DNA of 64,000 nt from Candidatus Bathyarchaeia archaeon (GTDB lineage Archaea > Thermoproteota > Bathyarchaeia > Bathyarchaeales > Bathycorpusculaceae). The notes under the pieces were generated by a model. It saw only the letters and a program-made list of their open reading frames with translations, did no database searches and was not told the DNA's origin. A program made the position numbers and the translations under genes. Shown one piece after another: positions 39,237 to 49,108 of this stretch. Location of the stretch: NCBI GenBank assembly GCA_050015395.1, contig JBEKBM010000001.1, positions 1 to 64,000 on the forward strand, in the 5' to 3' direction. How positions within the stretch are numbered: position 1 is the first letter of the stretch; each line of letters opens with the position of its first letter.

Positions 39237-39521
39237 TTATTCTATTTTTCCTATTTCTTTTGTTATATCTATTGGCGATTTATAGGTTTTATCCGGCAAC
39301 TTGTTTAATAAATCCATTACATCGTCTGGGGCATCCTTATCTTGTGCTTTGTCGACCAAGTTCTTTTTTTCTGCTGGGTAATGCATGCCAGCAAGATATT
39401 TTTCCACTATAGCTGGGCTAACGTGACCAGATTTTCCGCTTCTATTTGTATATTGTCGTCGTGCCCCTCTACCTTGACCTATGCCTACGCGCCTACTTGT
39501 TTGAGCTTCTTCTCTACTCGT
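39237..39521 (-). CDS. DUF2795-like protein (apparent ACG start; absent from ORF track)
   Basis: (M)SREEAQ...VSPAIVEKYLAGMHYPAEKKNLVDKAQDKDAPDDVMDLLNKLPDKTYKSPIDITKEIGKIE*; GGAGGTGA 6 nt upstream of ACG. Confidence 0.8.
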   Translation of the reverse strand, partial: TSREEAQTSRRVGIGQGRGARRQYTNRSGKSGHVSPAIVEKYLAGMHYPAEKKNLVDKAQDKDAPDDVMDLLNKLPDKTYKSPIDITKEIGKIE

Positions 39522-39583
39522 TGTCCTTCACCTCCATACTCTTAAACGAGTTAACTGGAAAAAATAAAAAACATGCTTACCGT

Positions 39584-39760
39584 TTATTCTTCTTCGTGCT
39601 CTTTTCCTTCCTCAATAAGTTTTCGAACTTTTTGTCCACCTTTGCTACCTATCTCACTGTAAAATTCAGATCCATGAGTCTCCAACGTCTTCAGTCCACC
39701 CATCCGACCAGCCTCCTCAACAGTCATCTTTCCCTTCTTTTTCGCTTCACTCAAACACAT
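39584..39760 (-). CDS. KGG-repeat stress protein
   Basis: MTVEEAGRMGG..THGSEFYSEIGSKGGQKVRKLI. Confidence 0.88.
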   Translation of the reverse strand: MCLSEAKKKGKMTVEEAGRMGGLKTLETHGSEFYSEIGSKGGQKVRKLIEEGKEHEEE

Positions 39761-39819
39761 CACCTCCAAAATATAAGCCAACTAAAAATTTAGAAAAATT
39801 CTTCAAAATTAACCTGTAG

Positions 39820-39994
39820 TTACTCCATCTCTTGCCCTATTCCTTCCTAATTAAGCTCGCGACAACCCTATACCTGCTGTACTGCCATACATATTCATAG
39901 AAACCTCGCCTATGTGCCCCTCAGATCTTTCGCCGCTTTTCTGCTTGCCTTTCCTTCCAGCTTCTTCAACACTCACTGGGTTTCTTTCCGTCAA
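39820..39994 (-). pseudogene. Degenerate KGG gene
   Basis: LTERNPVSVEEAGRKG, then frameshifted RGFYE...LIRK. Confidence 0.55.
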
Positions 39995-40063
39995 TGCATT
40001 TCACGTTCCTAAGGAAAACAAGATACGTTTGGAATGCAAAATGCTTAAAATTCAGTAAAATTT

Positions 40064-40321
40064 CTATTCCTCTTCATATTCTTTTCCGGCTTGAATAAGC
40101 CTGCGAACTTTTTGCCCGCCTCTATGGCCTGCTTCTTCAAGGCTTGTTTTCCCTCTTGCTTCCATTGTACCTTCGTGCTGCTTTGCTCGCTTAGAACCAC
40201 CTTTGCTACCTATCTCACTGTAAAATTCAGGTCCATGAGTCTCAGACGTCTTTTCTCCGCCCATCCGACCAGCCTCCTCAACAGTCATCTTTCCCTTCTT
40301 TTTCGCTTCACTCAAACACAT
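40064..40321 (-). CDS. KGG-repeat stress protein
   Basis: 5' part nearly identical at DNA level to 39584..39760; extra EEAGHRGG repeat. Confidence 0.88.
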   Translation of the reverse strand: MCLSEAKKKGKMTVEEAGRMGGEKTSETHGPEFYSEIGSKGGSKRAKQHEGTMEARGKTSLEEAGHRGGQKVRRLIQAGKEYEEE

Positions 40322-40556
40322 CACCTCCAAAACATAACAACTGCTTTTTTTCTCAACTTCTTAATCGCTTTCTCAATTTTCTAGCCTGAAACAAAACTTT
40401 TAAACATATGTGGCTGTCTTAGCACAGTAACAACGGAAAGGAGCTTTTTTTATGTCAAAAATAGAATTTAGACTATAAATTAGGTCCAAAACTAGAAACG
40501 ATAGAAAGTCTTGGATCAGTTATTCAGATTAAAACTAAGGATAAGCGCAGTTTTTT

Positions 40557-40751
40557 CTATTCTTCTTCGTGCTCTTTTCCTGCTTGAATAAGCTTACGGA
40601 CTCTTTGCCCACCTTTCGGTCCGCCTATCTTTCCACCCTTGCGACCTATTTCACTATAGAATTCTTCTCCATGGGTTTCAGATGTTTTTAGTCCGCCTTT
40701 CCTTCCAGCTTCTTCAACCGTCATTTTACCTTTTTTCTCCTCTCTCGACAA
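40557..40751 (-). CDS. KGG-repeat stress protein
   Basis: EEAGRKGG, FYSEIGRKGG; GGAGGTGA RBS. Confidence 0.88.
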   Translation of the reverse strand: MSREEKKGKMTVEEAGRKGGLKTSETHGEEFYSEIGRKGGKIGGPKGGQRVRKLIQAGKEHEEE

Positions 40752-40836
40752 TACCCTTCACCTCCATTAAAAACAAACAAAGTGTTTGATATCTAAAGAA
40801 CTGGAAATTAACAAGTAGTTACAAAAATAAGCTTTT

Positions 40837-41151
40837 TTATTCTTCATGTTCTTTGCCCACTTGAATTAGTTTTCGGACTCTTTGCCCACCTCTATGGCCT
40901 GCTTCTTCGAGGCTTGTTTTTCCCATAGCTTCACTTGTTCCTTCATGCTGCTTGGCCCTCTCAGAACCACCTTTGCTGCCTATCTCACTGTAAAATTCTG
41001 GGCCACGTTCCTGAGAAACTTTCTCGCCGCCTTTACGACCGATTTCTTCATAAAATTCTCGCCCATGGGTTTGAGCGGTTTTTTCTCCACCTTTCCTTCC
41101 TGCCTCAGCAACAGTCATCTTGCCTTTTCTGTGCTCTTCACGCATACTCAA
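40837..41151 (-). CDS. KGG-repeat stress protein
   Basis: Four KGG/RGG repeats; GGAGGTGA RBS. Confidence 0.88.
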   Translation of the reverse strand: MSMREEHRKGKMTVAEAGRKGGEKTAQTHGREFYEEIGRKGGEKVSQERGPEFYSEIGSKGGSERAKQHEGTSEAMGKTSLEEAGHRGGQRVRKLIQVGKEHEE

Positions 41152-41294
41152 AAAAATTCACCTCCTATTAAACAACGGAAAACTTATCAATATTAGAGCC
41201 GAATAACCGCTCATAAACTTATGTGGTTGTGGCATAACAGTAACATGCCAACTAAGCAAAATGGAAGATTATTTCATATGGACAAATTACACAA

Positions 41295-41470
41295 AAAAAC
41301 AGCTTTTTTTATGTTGAAAAGCACCGTTCTGCATGCAAAGTGCGCGGTCTTCGTTCTATGCACATCTATGTTGAATCATATTTGAAGCCTATTAGGATCA
41401 TCTAGTAGACCGGGTAGGTAGGCTGAGCACACACAAATTACCCTAAGACAAAAAACGAGAGCTAAATACA
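41295..41470 (-). mobile_element. MITE-like element, copy 2 (one end missing)
   Basis: Reverse complement of roughly 17669-17845 with few differences. Confidence 0.8.
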
Positions 41471-41531
41471 GATTCATAAGTTAATTTAAATATCTCGGAC
41501 AGGTCAACTTTATAATCATTGGGTAACCTGA

Positions 41532-43013
41532 ATGAAAGTGCTTCTCATCAATCCGCCGCAAGTATTTTATCCAGGTTCTGAACAACCAGCAGGCAATCTG
41601 CCTCTTGGTTTAATGTACATCGCTGCGATGCTTGACAAAGCAGGTTACAAAACTGAAATTTTAGATGCTTTTATGAGTGATAGCTCATTCCTGAAAAACG
41701 GCGAAACCATAAACGTTGGCATGCCATTTGAGCGGATAAAGCAGGAAATTTACAGTCGGAAGCCAGACATTGTTGGTATAGCAGGACCATTCACTTGCCA
41801 AATAGAAAACTCAGTTAAAATAAGTAACTTAGCCAAGCAAGTTGACTCAGGCATTTTAACAGTTGTAGGCGGTCCACACGTAACCACGGTGCCAAAAGAG
41901 TTTCTTGAAGAGGCAAAAAACGTTGACATTGCGGTGACAGGCGAAGGCGAATACACAATGCCTGAATTAGCTCAGTATTTTGAAGGCAAAAAACAGTTAA
42001 GCGAAATTCTCGGCGTCGCCTACCGTAAAGATGGAGAAATCATAATAAATTCACCGAGGCCTTTCATTAAAAACTTGGATGAGCTTCCCTACCCAGCCTA
42101 CGACCTAGTGAATATGGAGCAGTACCTAAGCCCCAAAAGGATAGGTTACCGCAGCTTCAGAAACAGGGCAATATCAATGATTACCAGCAGGGGTTGCCCC
42201 TTTAACTGCTGTTTCTGCTCGGTCCATTTGCACATGGGCAAGCAGTTTAGGGCACACTCCGCAAATTACGTGCTCAACCATATCCAGTTTGTTGTGGAAA
42301 AATTTAATGTTAAGAACATTTTTTTTGAAGATGATAACCTAACTTTTGATCTTGCAAGGTTCGAAGCTGTCTGCGACGGCTTAATTGAGAAAAAAATCAA
42401 GATCGGTTGGGAAACGCCAAACGGAGTCCGAGCAGACTGCTTAAACTTGAATCTGCTGGAAAAAATGAAAAAGTCAGGTTGCCAAAGCGTCTTTTTCGGC
42501 GTTGAGTCAGGCGACCAGCAAATCTTAAACAATGTAATCTGCAAAAGCCTAGACTTGAACCGCGTAGTTGAAGTTGCGAAAATCTGCAAAGACATCGGTC
42601 TGAAAACAGGCGCATTCTACATTATTGGCTTTCCAGGCGAAAAGAAAGAGAACATGCAGAAAACCGTTGATTTTGCCCTAAAGCTCAAACGCGATTTTGA
42701 TGTCGGCATGCACCTTTTCTTTGCGACGCCATCTTATGGGACAAGGCTATATGATGAATGTAAGGCTAAAGGGTATATTCAGGGAGATTTGACTTGGAAC
42801 TCCTTTGCTGAGGCTCGTCAGCCAAAAGGCATGCCGTTGATTTCAACTGAGGATTTTACCTCTCAAGAAGTGAAAGAGATAGCGGCTAAGGCGCTTGAGG
42901 AGTATAAGAAATTATCTTTACTGAATCACATTAAAAATCCACGGAAAGCGTTGAAGACAGCATTTGATCAGCCGCAACTCATTTTGAAATATATTAGAAA
43001 CCTGTTTGGCTAA
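41532..43013 (+). CDS. B12-binding-domain radical SAM protein
   Basis: PLGLMYIA, GGPH, GEGE, TSRGCPFNCCFC, FGVESG, IIGFPGE. Confidence 0.93.
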   Translation: MKVLLINPPQVFYPGSEQPAGNLPLGLMYIAAMLDKAGYKTEILDAFMSDSSFLKNGETINVGMPFERIKQEIYSRKPDIVGIAGPFTCQIENSVKISNLAKQVDSGILTVVGGPHVTTVPKEFLEEAKNVDIAVTGEGEYTMPELAQYFEGKKQLSEILGVAYRKDGEIIINSPRPFIKNLDELPYPAYDLVNMEQYLSPKRIGYRSFRNRAISMITSRGCPFNCCFCSVHLHMGKQFRAHSANYVLNHIQFVVEKFNVKNIFFEDDNLTFDLARFEAVCDGLIEKKIKIGWETPNGVRADCLNLNLLEKMKKSGCQSVFFGVESGDQQILNNVICKSLDLNRVVEVAKICKDIGLKTGAFYIIGFPGEKKENMQKTVDFALKLKRDFDVGMHLFFATPSYGTRLYDECKAKGYIQGDLTWNSFAEARQPKGMPLISTEDFTSQEVKEIAAKALEEYKKLSLLNHIKNPRKALKTAFDQPQLILKYIRNLFG

Positions 43014-43112
43014 AATAGCGTTAACAACAAAAATGGAACCATGCTGTATATATTAACGTGCATATTGAGGCAAAATGCCAAAGCTTATATTGATACATGA
43101 GACACAATATAC

Positions 43113-43388
43113 TTGGTGATTTGCAGGATGAAGAGGCATGAAGCAGTCGCTTTTTTAAAAGAAATTACCAATACTTGCGAAAACATGTCGCCTGATTCTG
43201 TTATCTTATTTCATTCAAAAATGGATGAGCAAAACTCAACAGGATATCAAGTGCATATTAAAACAGTCCTTGATAGTGAAACTAAACAGCAGATACGAAA
43301 TATTGCTGAAAAACACAGCTTAGCATTAAAAGAAGAAAAAGGAAAACTGGTTATCTACAAACCTAAAGTAGTCACTAAAACAACTTAA
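43113..43388 (+). CDS. Small conserved hypothetical protein
   Basis: Compact ORF with upstream TATA-like box; MKRHEAVAFLKEI...LVIYKP. Confidence 0.6.
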   Translation: MVICRMKRHEAVAFLKEITNTCENMSPDSVILFHSKMDEQNSTGYQVHIKTVLDSETKQQIRNIAEKHSLALKEEKGKLVIYKPKVVTKTT

Positions 43389-43510
43389 TATGCTATCTTG
43401 AAGCTGGTACCACACTTGTCACAAGTGTAAACTGCTACACAAAACAAGTCGTTTTCCAGCTTCCTATCTGGCTTGGTGAGGTTTTTTCCACAGTTTTGAC
43501 AGGTAACCAT
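43385..43510 (-). CDS. Cren7-like/zinc-ribbon small protein (41 aa, absent from ORF track)
   Basis: MVTCQNCGKNLTKPDRKLENDLFCVAVYTCDKCGTSFKIAY*. Confidence 0.65.
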   Translation of the reverse strand: MVTCQNCGKNLTKPDRKLENDLFCVAVYTCDKCGTSFKIAY

Positions 43511-43623
43511 GCAGGCACACTTGCGAGAGTTTCATTTTACATTAGCAAAAGCACTATAAGAAAACTTGTTGTCTCACCCACACTACCACAACCACATCAC
43601 CGCTATATTGTAAAGCAAAGAAG

Positions 43624-43720
43624 CGGGCCCGCTGGGATTTGAACCCAGGATTTTCGGCTAACCCCCGCTTTGAGAAGCGTCCGGAGGCCGACGCCTTAAT
43701 CCGTACTAGACTACGGGCCC
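43624..43720 (-). tRNA. tRNA-Arg(CCG) with 21-nt intron at 37/38 (43660-43680)
   Basis: GGGCCCG/CGGGCCC acceptor, TCGGC-CTCCGG[intron]A-GCCGA, CTGGG-TTCAAAT-CCCAG. Confidence 0.93.
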
Positions 43721-43766
43721 ACAGTTTACAAACCAAACATGCCCAATTAATTTAAAGCTAACCTTG

Positions 43767-44267
43767 TTATTCTTGGATTAACTCTTCGTCTATCCACCAA
43801 GCCTTCTTCTTCCCAGACCTTTCGCCCGCATAATACTCGATTACTGGTTTTCCAACTTGTTTTTTGGAGGTTTTCTGGATTTTTCTAAGCCTGTTAAGTA
43901 TGAGCCACCTGTTGGTTTTAACGTAAGCAGCCAACTCAGGCGTAGTTGCGCTCTTGTAATGAAGCAGGTACTCCATTATTTTATGATCCACCTCATCGAT
44001 GCAAAAAGAGTGCGGGTTAATCTTTCCATGCTGAAACGTGAGCAGTTCCAAATCGGCTAGGTATTTTCTGATTTGCCCGAACTCCTGCTCTATTTTGCCC
44101 ATTCTCTCTTCTAGGGCTAAAAGTTTGTCTGCTTTAGGCGTTTTCTGAAGTTTCTCACTTATGGCTTCCCTGATAAAGTTGCTTCTGTCACCTTCAGGAA
44201 TACGCAGCGCCATTTCGAGGTAGACTTCTTCAGGTATTTTGACTGAAACTATTCTAACTTCGCTCAA
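43767..44267 (-). CDS. RHH + coiled coil + wHTH regulator
   Basis: IVSVKIPE...RSNFIREAI; ATTPELA..V.TNRWLILNRL. Confidence 0.75.
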   Translation of the reverse strand: MSEVRIVSVKIPEEVYLEMALRIPEGDRSNFIREAISEKLQKTPKADKLLALEERMGKIEQEFGQIRKYLADLELLTFQHGKINPHSFCIDEVDHKIMEYLLHYKSATTPELAAYVKTNRWLILNRLRKIQKTSKKQVGKPVIEYYAGERSGKKKAWWIDEELIQE

Positions 44268-44715
44268 TAGAGGCTCTCCTCAGCCACGTAATATTCGCCT
44301 TTGTGTATTTCATTTTTTCTATAACCTAACGCTCGAATTTGTGAAAAACTTATGCGCACAGCTATTTTGTTCAGGGTTGGATGCGTGGAAGCCATTGGGG
44401 TCCACTTATGCCGGTTGGATTAAAAGCGTCTAAATGTACTGCTTTTGATGGTACACCTTGGATTGTTGCTTTAGGGTTCCAGCTTGCGAACGGTAAAATC
44501 TCAAGTGACCATGAATGCAAACCGCTTATCGCTGACTTATTTGATGATCCTGCCTCTATTGCTAGACATGAAGCAATAAACAACGGTACCATGTTAAGAC
44601 GGATGGGTGAGTTTTGAACCAGCACGGTTAAGCGCTGAAGACATGGAGTATACGGCAATACAGCACGTTCTGCAGAAAATGACAAACGATTTATGCCATT
44701 AAATCAAAGCTAAAT

Positions 44716-45285
44716 TTACTCAGTGTAAACTGGTTGGTCTGCCAATTTAGCTAATGCTATATATCGTTGCTTAACGATTTCATGCAATTGCCTGCGCAGG
44801 TCCTCTCCAACCACATTTCTTTGTTTTAATAATGCAACCTTTTTTGCTAATTCTACGTCTCCGAGTCCGTTGAACCAGGCTTCAAAGTCTCCACGTTTTG
44901 TATGGAATTCTATTGATGCAATGTCTGCTTTTTCAACTTTATTGGCAAAATCACGAAGGTTGTGAGCGTGCAAGTTTAGTGGTTTTCCAATGTCAGCGTA
45001 GAAGTTGAATGCTATATCATGTGGCGAATAAGCCAATATGGCAGTGGCTTTTTCTTTGTTGGTTTCCGGTAAACCGAGGGCTTCTTTTCCTTTCTCAGTT
45101 ATAACGTATTGTCCTTTTTCAGGTGAGCTTACATATCCCATGCGAGCTAGCCCTAAAAGATGCATCATTACAGGAGGAAACTCTTTTTTGGTTTCTTTCG
45201 CGATTTCCATGGCTCTCATGGGTTTTTCATATAGCAACATGGTTTCAAGTATCTCTTGTTTAACGGGTGATAAACTCATTTGCAA
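44716..45285 (-). CDS. wHTH + DUF5752 protein
   Basis: HLLGL...GYV...YVITEKGK; FNFY..IG..., SIEFH..RGDFEAW. Confidence 0.8.
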   Translation of the reverse strand: MQMSLSPVKQEILETMLLYEKPMRAMEIAKETKKEFPPVMMHLLGLARMGYVSSPEKGQYVITEKGKEALGLPETNKEKATAILAYSPHDIAFNFYADIGKPLNLHAHNLRDFANKVEKADIASIEFHTKRGDFEAWFNGLGDVELAKKVALLKQRNVVGEDLRRQLHEIVKQRYIALAKLADQPVYTE

Positions 45286-45428
45286 GCACCTTGCCTGCTA
45301 GTGCTATGCAGAACCGTCTAATCAAACTTTTCCTTAACTCTTTTGAGCTTTCTTCGATTTCAAGTTTGCTTCGGCAGATAAGCAAAGCTTTAGTATAGTG
45401 ATTGTCAATGCTAATGGTACATTGGTGA

Positions 45429-46688
45429 ATGGTTAGGATGAAACTTGCTGTTTTCGTTTACGAGTACCCGCCTAAAATAGTTGGTGGATTAGGCACCTAT
45501 GCAGCGGAGATAACACGAAAGTTCGTTTTGGACGATCACGATGTAACGGTTTTTACTATGAATGATGATGCAGGTTCTTTGCCGACTAGAGAAATTTGGC
45601 GTGGAATAGAGATTCATCGTCCATTGCACATTGACATTTCAGACTCGCTTCCAGACGTGATTGCTGAAGACATTAAAAAATGGGGCAGAGGATTACATTT
45701 TTTCGGCAAACTAATGGTTTATAATTATTTGTCAGCGGCTAAACTCATCAACGAGTTAATAAAGAAAGAAGGCATGAAATACGACATTGTTGTTGCGCAT
45801 GATTGGCTTTCCGCTATGGGCGGGATTACAGTTAAAAGAGAAACTGGTTTGCCTTTAGCTTTCCATGTTCACTCAACTGAGAAAGGTCGAACCTTAGGAA
45901 ATGGCTCAGGCGTAGTTAGCAACATAGAATTGCGCGCGGGCAAAATGGCTGATATGGTTGTAACAGTATCGTACGCCATGAAAGATGAGCTTATACAGCT
46001 TGGTTTTCCAAGAGAAAAGATTCAAGTAAGCTACAACGGTGTTGACCCACAAAAATATAATCCTGAAAACGTTTCTTCCGAGAACATCAAGCGAATCCGA
46101 AGCAAATATGGCATAAAAGATAATGAACTAATGATTCTTTTCCTTGGCAGGCTCGTAGGCGTCAAAGGCGTTGATAAACTCATAATGGCGATACCGCATA
46201 TTCTAACCAAGATTCCTAATGCAAGACTGGTAATTGTAGGTGTAGGCGACCTTCAAGAATACTTAACAAACCTCACTAGAACCATGCGGCTTGACGAGTA
46301 TATTAAATTCTGTTTCGACTTTATCCCAGAGGAAGAACGAATACTACATTATGCTGCATGCGACATAGCAGTTTTCCCCAGCCACTACGAACCATTTGGT
46401 ATTGTAGCTCTTGAAGCGATGAGCATGGAGAAGCCAGTTGTCGTTGGCGCCGCTGGCGTCAGCGGAATGCGTGAAATCGTAATTTGCTGCGGTGAAGAAC
46501 AATGCGGTTACCACGTAGATCCAAATAACCCGTCTGATATTGCATGGGGAGTAATCAGCGCTTTAGAAAGCCCTGAAAGGCGCAAGGTGCTTGGCAAAAA
46601 TGGCAGGAAACGTGTTCTAGCCGAGTTCACTTGGAGCAAAATTGCCGAGAAAACCTTGGAACTTTACGAAACAATAGTGAAAAGCTGA
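45429..46688 (+). CDS. GT4 glycosyltransferase (glycogen-synthase-like)
   Basis: EYPP..VGGLG, AHDW, HSTE, NGVD, GRL..KG, EPFGIVALEAM. Confidence 0.92.
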   Translation: MVRMKLAVFVYEYPPKIVGGLGTYAAEITRKFVLDDHDVTVFTMNDDAGSLPTREIWRGIEIHRPLHIDISDSLPDVIAEDIKKWGRGLHFFGKLMVYNYLSAAKLINELIKKEGMKYDIVVAHDWLSAMGGITVKRETGLPLAFHVHSTEKGRTLGNGSGVVSNIELRAGKMADMVVTVSYAMKDELIQLGFPREKIQVSYNGVDPQKYNPENVSSENIKRIRSKYGIKDNELMILFLGRLVGVKGVDKLIMAIPHILTKIPNARLVIVGVGDLQEYLTNLTRTMRLDEYIKFCFDFIPEEERILHYAACDIAVFPSHYEPFGIVALEAMSMEKPVVVGAAGVSGMREIVICCGEEQCGYHVDPNNPSDIAWGVISALESPERRKVLGKNGRKRVLAEFTWSKIAEKTLELYETIVKS

Positions 46689-46697
46689 TAACAGCGC

Positions 46698-47321
46698 TTG
46701 GTAACAATGACTGCTGACTTTGACTTAAAGTGCAGAGTCGCAAGAGAAGCTGCCACTTTACTTTATTTTGGCGCTGAAAAAGAATACAAACAAGCTAAAG
46801 AAAAAGCTGCAAAAACTTTGGGCGCGCACTTTTTGCCTTCTAACCTTGAAGTTGCTCTTGAACTGGACAAAATAGCTGAAGAAAACGAAGGCGCAAAAAG
46901 AAAAGAGCGCCTGATTCAAATGCGAAAGGAAGCCCTAAAGATAATGAAGCTTCTTGATGCTTATTGTCCTGTTTTAATTGGGAGCGTTTGGCGGGGAACG
47001 ATAAGGCAGGGAAGCGACATTGACATTGCCGTTTATACGGACGTGCCAGAAGAAATCGTAAAAATCCTCAAAGCTGAGAGGATTAAAATTTCAAAAACGG
47101 CTTGGACAACTGTAAACAAGCGTGGAATAACTTTGGCGTCATTTCATATATACGCTGAGACTTCAGCTGAACATGGACTTGAGATTGTTGCTCGAAGCTC
47201 TGAGGAAGCAGGGAAAAAGAGAAAGTGCGAGGTTTTCGGTGATGAAATGAAGGGTTTAAAGGTTCAGGAACTCGAAAAAGTTCTTAAAACTAACCCAACC
47301 CAACGATTCCTTCCATTATAA
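46698..47321 (+). CDS. Nucleotidyltransferase-domain protein
   Basis: AREAA.LLY...KEYKQAK, GSVWRG..SDID. Confidence 0.88.
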   Translation: MVTMTADFDLKCRVAREAATLLYFGAEKEYKQAKEKAAKTLGAHFLPSNLEVALELDKIAEENEGAKRKERLIQMRKEALKIMKLLDAYCPVLIGSVWRGTIRQGSDIDIAVYTDVPEEIVKILKAERIKISKTAWTTVNKRGITLASFHIYAETSAEHGLEIVARSSEEAGKKRKCEVFGDEMKGLKVQELEKVLKTNPTQRFLPL

Positions 47322-47400
47322 TTCTCGCTGAATCTTGTTTTCCATCAAAAAAGCACATAAAGAACATATTTGATATTTATTTTTGAATAACTGATGAAAA

Positions 47401-47796
47401 ATGGCAACGGATAAAAAATCGCTCAAGAAAATGTTTCCACACCTCTACAAGGAACTTGAAACAGGAGACGCCAAGGTACCAATTAACGCCGTACGAAAAA
47501 ACCCACAAGAAGCCGAGGACGCTGTCGAGTGTGAAGAGTGCGAGGAAGAGGAGTTTGCCTCCTGCACTGAGACGCCTGATAAGCTGCGTCATTTTAATCC
47601 TTCCGCCGTAGATTTTATCCGCCGATGTGACACAGAAGCGCAAGCGGAAGAAATAATTGCTTACCTGCAGAAGAAAGGTGAAATAACCAAAGAGTATGCT
47701 GAAGAACTGCGGTGTCAGCTTAAACGTGAAGGCGTAAGAAGCTTTGGTCCCAAAAAAGAAGAGAACTATTACTTTAGAGAAGGCGGAATTTACTAA
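47401..47796 (+). CDS. DUF2095-like protein
   Basis: FPHL.KEL, P..VDFIRRC.T..A.EII.YL...GEI, GVRSFG.KK..YY. Confidence 0.85.
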   Translation: MATDKKSLKKMFPHLYKELETGDAKVPINAVRKNPQEAEDAVECEECEEEEFASCTETPDKLRHFNPSAVDFIRRCDTEAQAEEIIAYLQKKGEITKEYAEELRCQLKREGVRSFGPKKEENYYFREGGIY

Positions 47797-48004
47797 ACGT
47801 TTAAGCTTGGAAACCAAAAGATCGTGGGCAATTCAAGCAATTGATGCTAAAGCTATGCAACATTAATTGCTTTAAGACAATAATGCTATAACTTTTTTCA
47901 AGCGCTAGATTTGCTGCTTGTTTATTGGTTTGCTTGTATTTTTGTCGGAAAATTAATTAAGTTAGAGTCTGTACAAGTGACTCACAAAAAATAGGTGATA
48001 GTTA

Positions 48005-49024
48005 ATGGCTATAAAAGTAGGAATTAACGGATTCGGAAGAATCGGAAGGCTTCTTTACCGCGCAGCACTCGAACGCAACGCAAAAATTGATTTCGTAGCA
48101 ATCAACGATCTCGCAGACGCCAAAACAAATGCTCATCTTCTCAAATATGACTCAATCCACGGGCGCTTCCCCGGCACAGTCGAAGTCAACGGCAACGACA
48201 TGGTCGTCAACGGAAAAACCCTCAAATGTCTCAGCGTAAAAGACCCAGCAGCACTGCCATGGAAAGACCTTGGAGTTTACTTAGCAGTAGAATCCACTGG
48301 CTTGTTTACCAACCGTGAAGGTGCAAGTAAACATTTTCAAGCAGGAGCAAAGAAGGTTCTCATCAGCGCGCCAGCAGAAGACCCAGATGCAACCTTTGTG
48401 TTAGGCGTAAATGATAAGTCGTATGACCCCGAAAAACACAATATCTTAAGCAACGCTTCATGCACAACAAACTGTCTAGCACCAATCAGCAAGGTATTAG
48501 TCGACAACTTTGGCTTAGAAAAAGGCTTAATGACAACATGCCACAGCTACACAAACGACCAAAAAGTCCAAGACCTTGTCCACAAAGACCCACGCAGAGC
48601 AAGAGCAGCAGCAATCAACATCATCCCAACAAGCACTGGTGCAGCAAAAGCAATCGGCTTAGTTTTGCCAAGTTGCGCTGGAAAAATGAATGGCTATTCC
48701 CTGCGTGTGCCTACAGCAGACGTATCCATTGTTGACTTAACCGCTATATTAGGCAAAGAAGTCACCAAAGACGAAATTAACGCAGCCATGAAGAAAGCCG
48801 CAGCAGGCCCACTTAAAGGCATCTTACAGTACACTGAAGACCCAATCGTTTCAACCGACGTACTACACAGCACTTACTCAGCAGTCCTAGATGCACAATT
48901 AACCATGGTTTTAGGCGAAAAGAGCAACTTCGTTAAAGTCTTCGCATGGTACGATAACGAATGGGGCTTTAGCAACCGCATGGTTGAATTCATCGAAATG
49001 ATCGGCGAAAAAGCAGGCTTTTAA
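48005..49024 (+). CDS. gap: Type I (bacterial-like) glyceraldehyde-3-phosphate dehydrogenase
   Basis: [42 protein letters not shown]. Confidence 0.97.
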   Translation: MAIKVGINGFGRIGRLLYRAALERNAKIDFVAINDLADAKTNAHLLKYDSIHGRFPGTVEVNGNDMVVNGKTLKCLSVKDPAALPWKDLGVYLAVESTGLFTNREGASKHFQAGAKKVLISAPAEDPDATFVLGVNDKSYDPEKHNILSNASCTTNCLAPISKVLVDNFGLEKGLMTTCHSYTNDQKVQDLVHKDPRRARAAAINIIPTSTGAAKAIGLVLPSCAGKMNGYSLRVPTADVSIVDLTAILGKEVTKDEINAAMKKAAAGPLKGILQYTEDPIVSTDVLHSTYSAVLDAQLTMVLGEKSNFVKVFAWYDNEWGFSNRMVEFIEMIGEKAGF

Positions 49025-49108
49025 GCAAGCAAACAAGCTTAAATCCTTCCTATCTTTTTCTTTTCTAACTGAAAAATAATAAAAAATAACCTAAAAGAAG
49101 TGAAAAGC

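Noticed and set aside
38829-41151. Recurring DNA repeats resembling a CRISPR or VNTR array
   Set aside because: They are the coding repeats of KGG paralogs. There is no constant repeat-spacer period and no cas gene in the window.
44239-44700. Short overlapping ORFs on both strands (44381..44617, 44371..44685)
   Set aside because: No recognisable motif, RBS or consistent frame, so no gene call can be supported.
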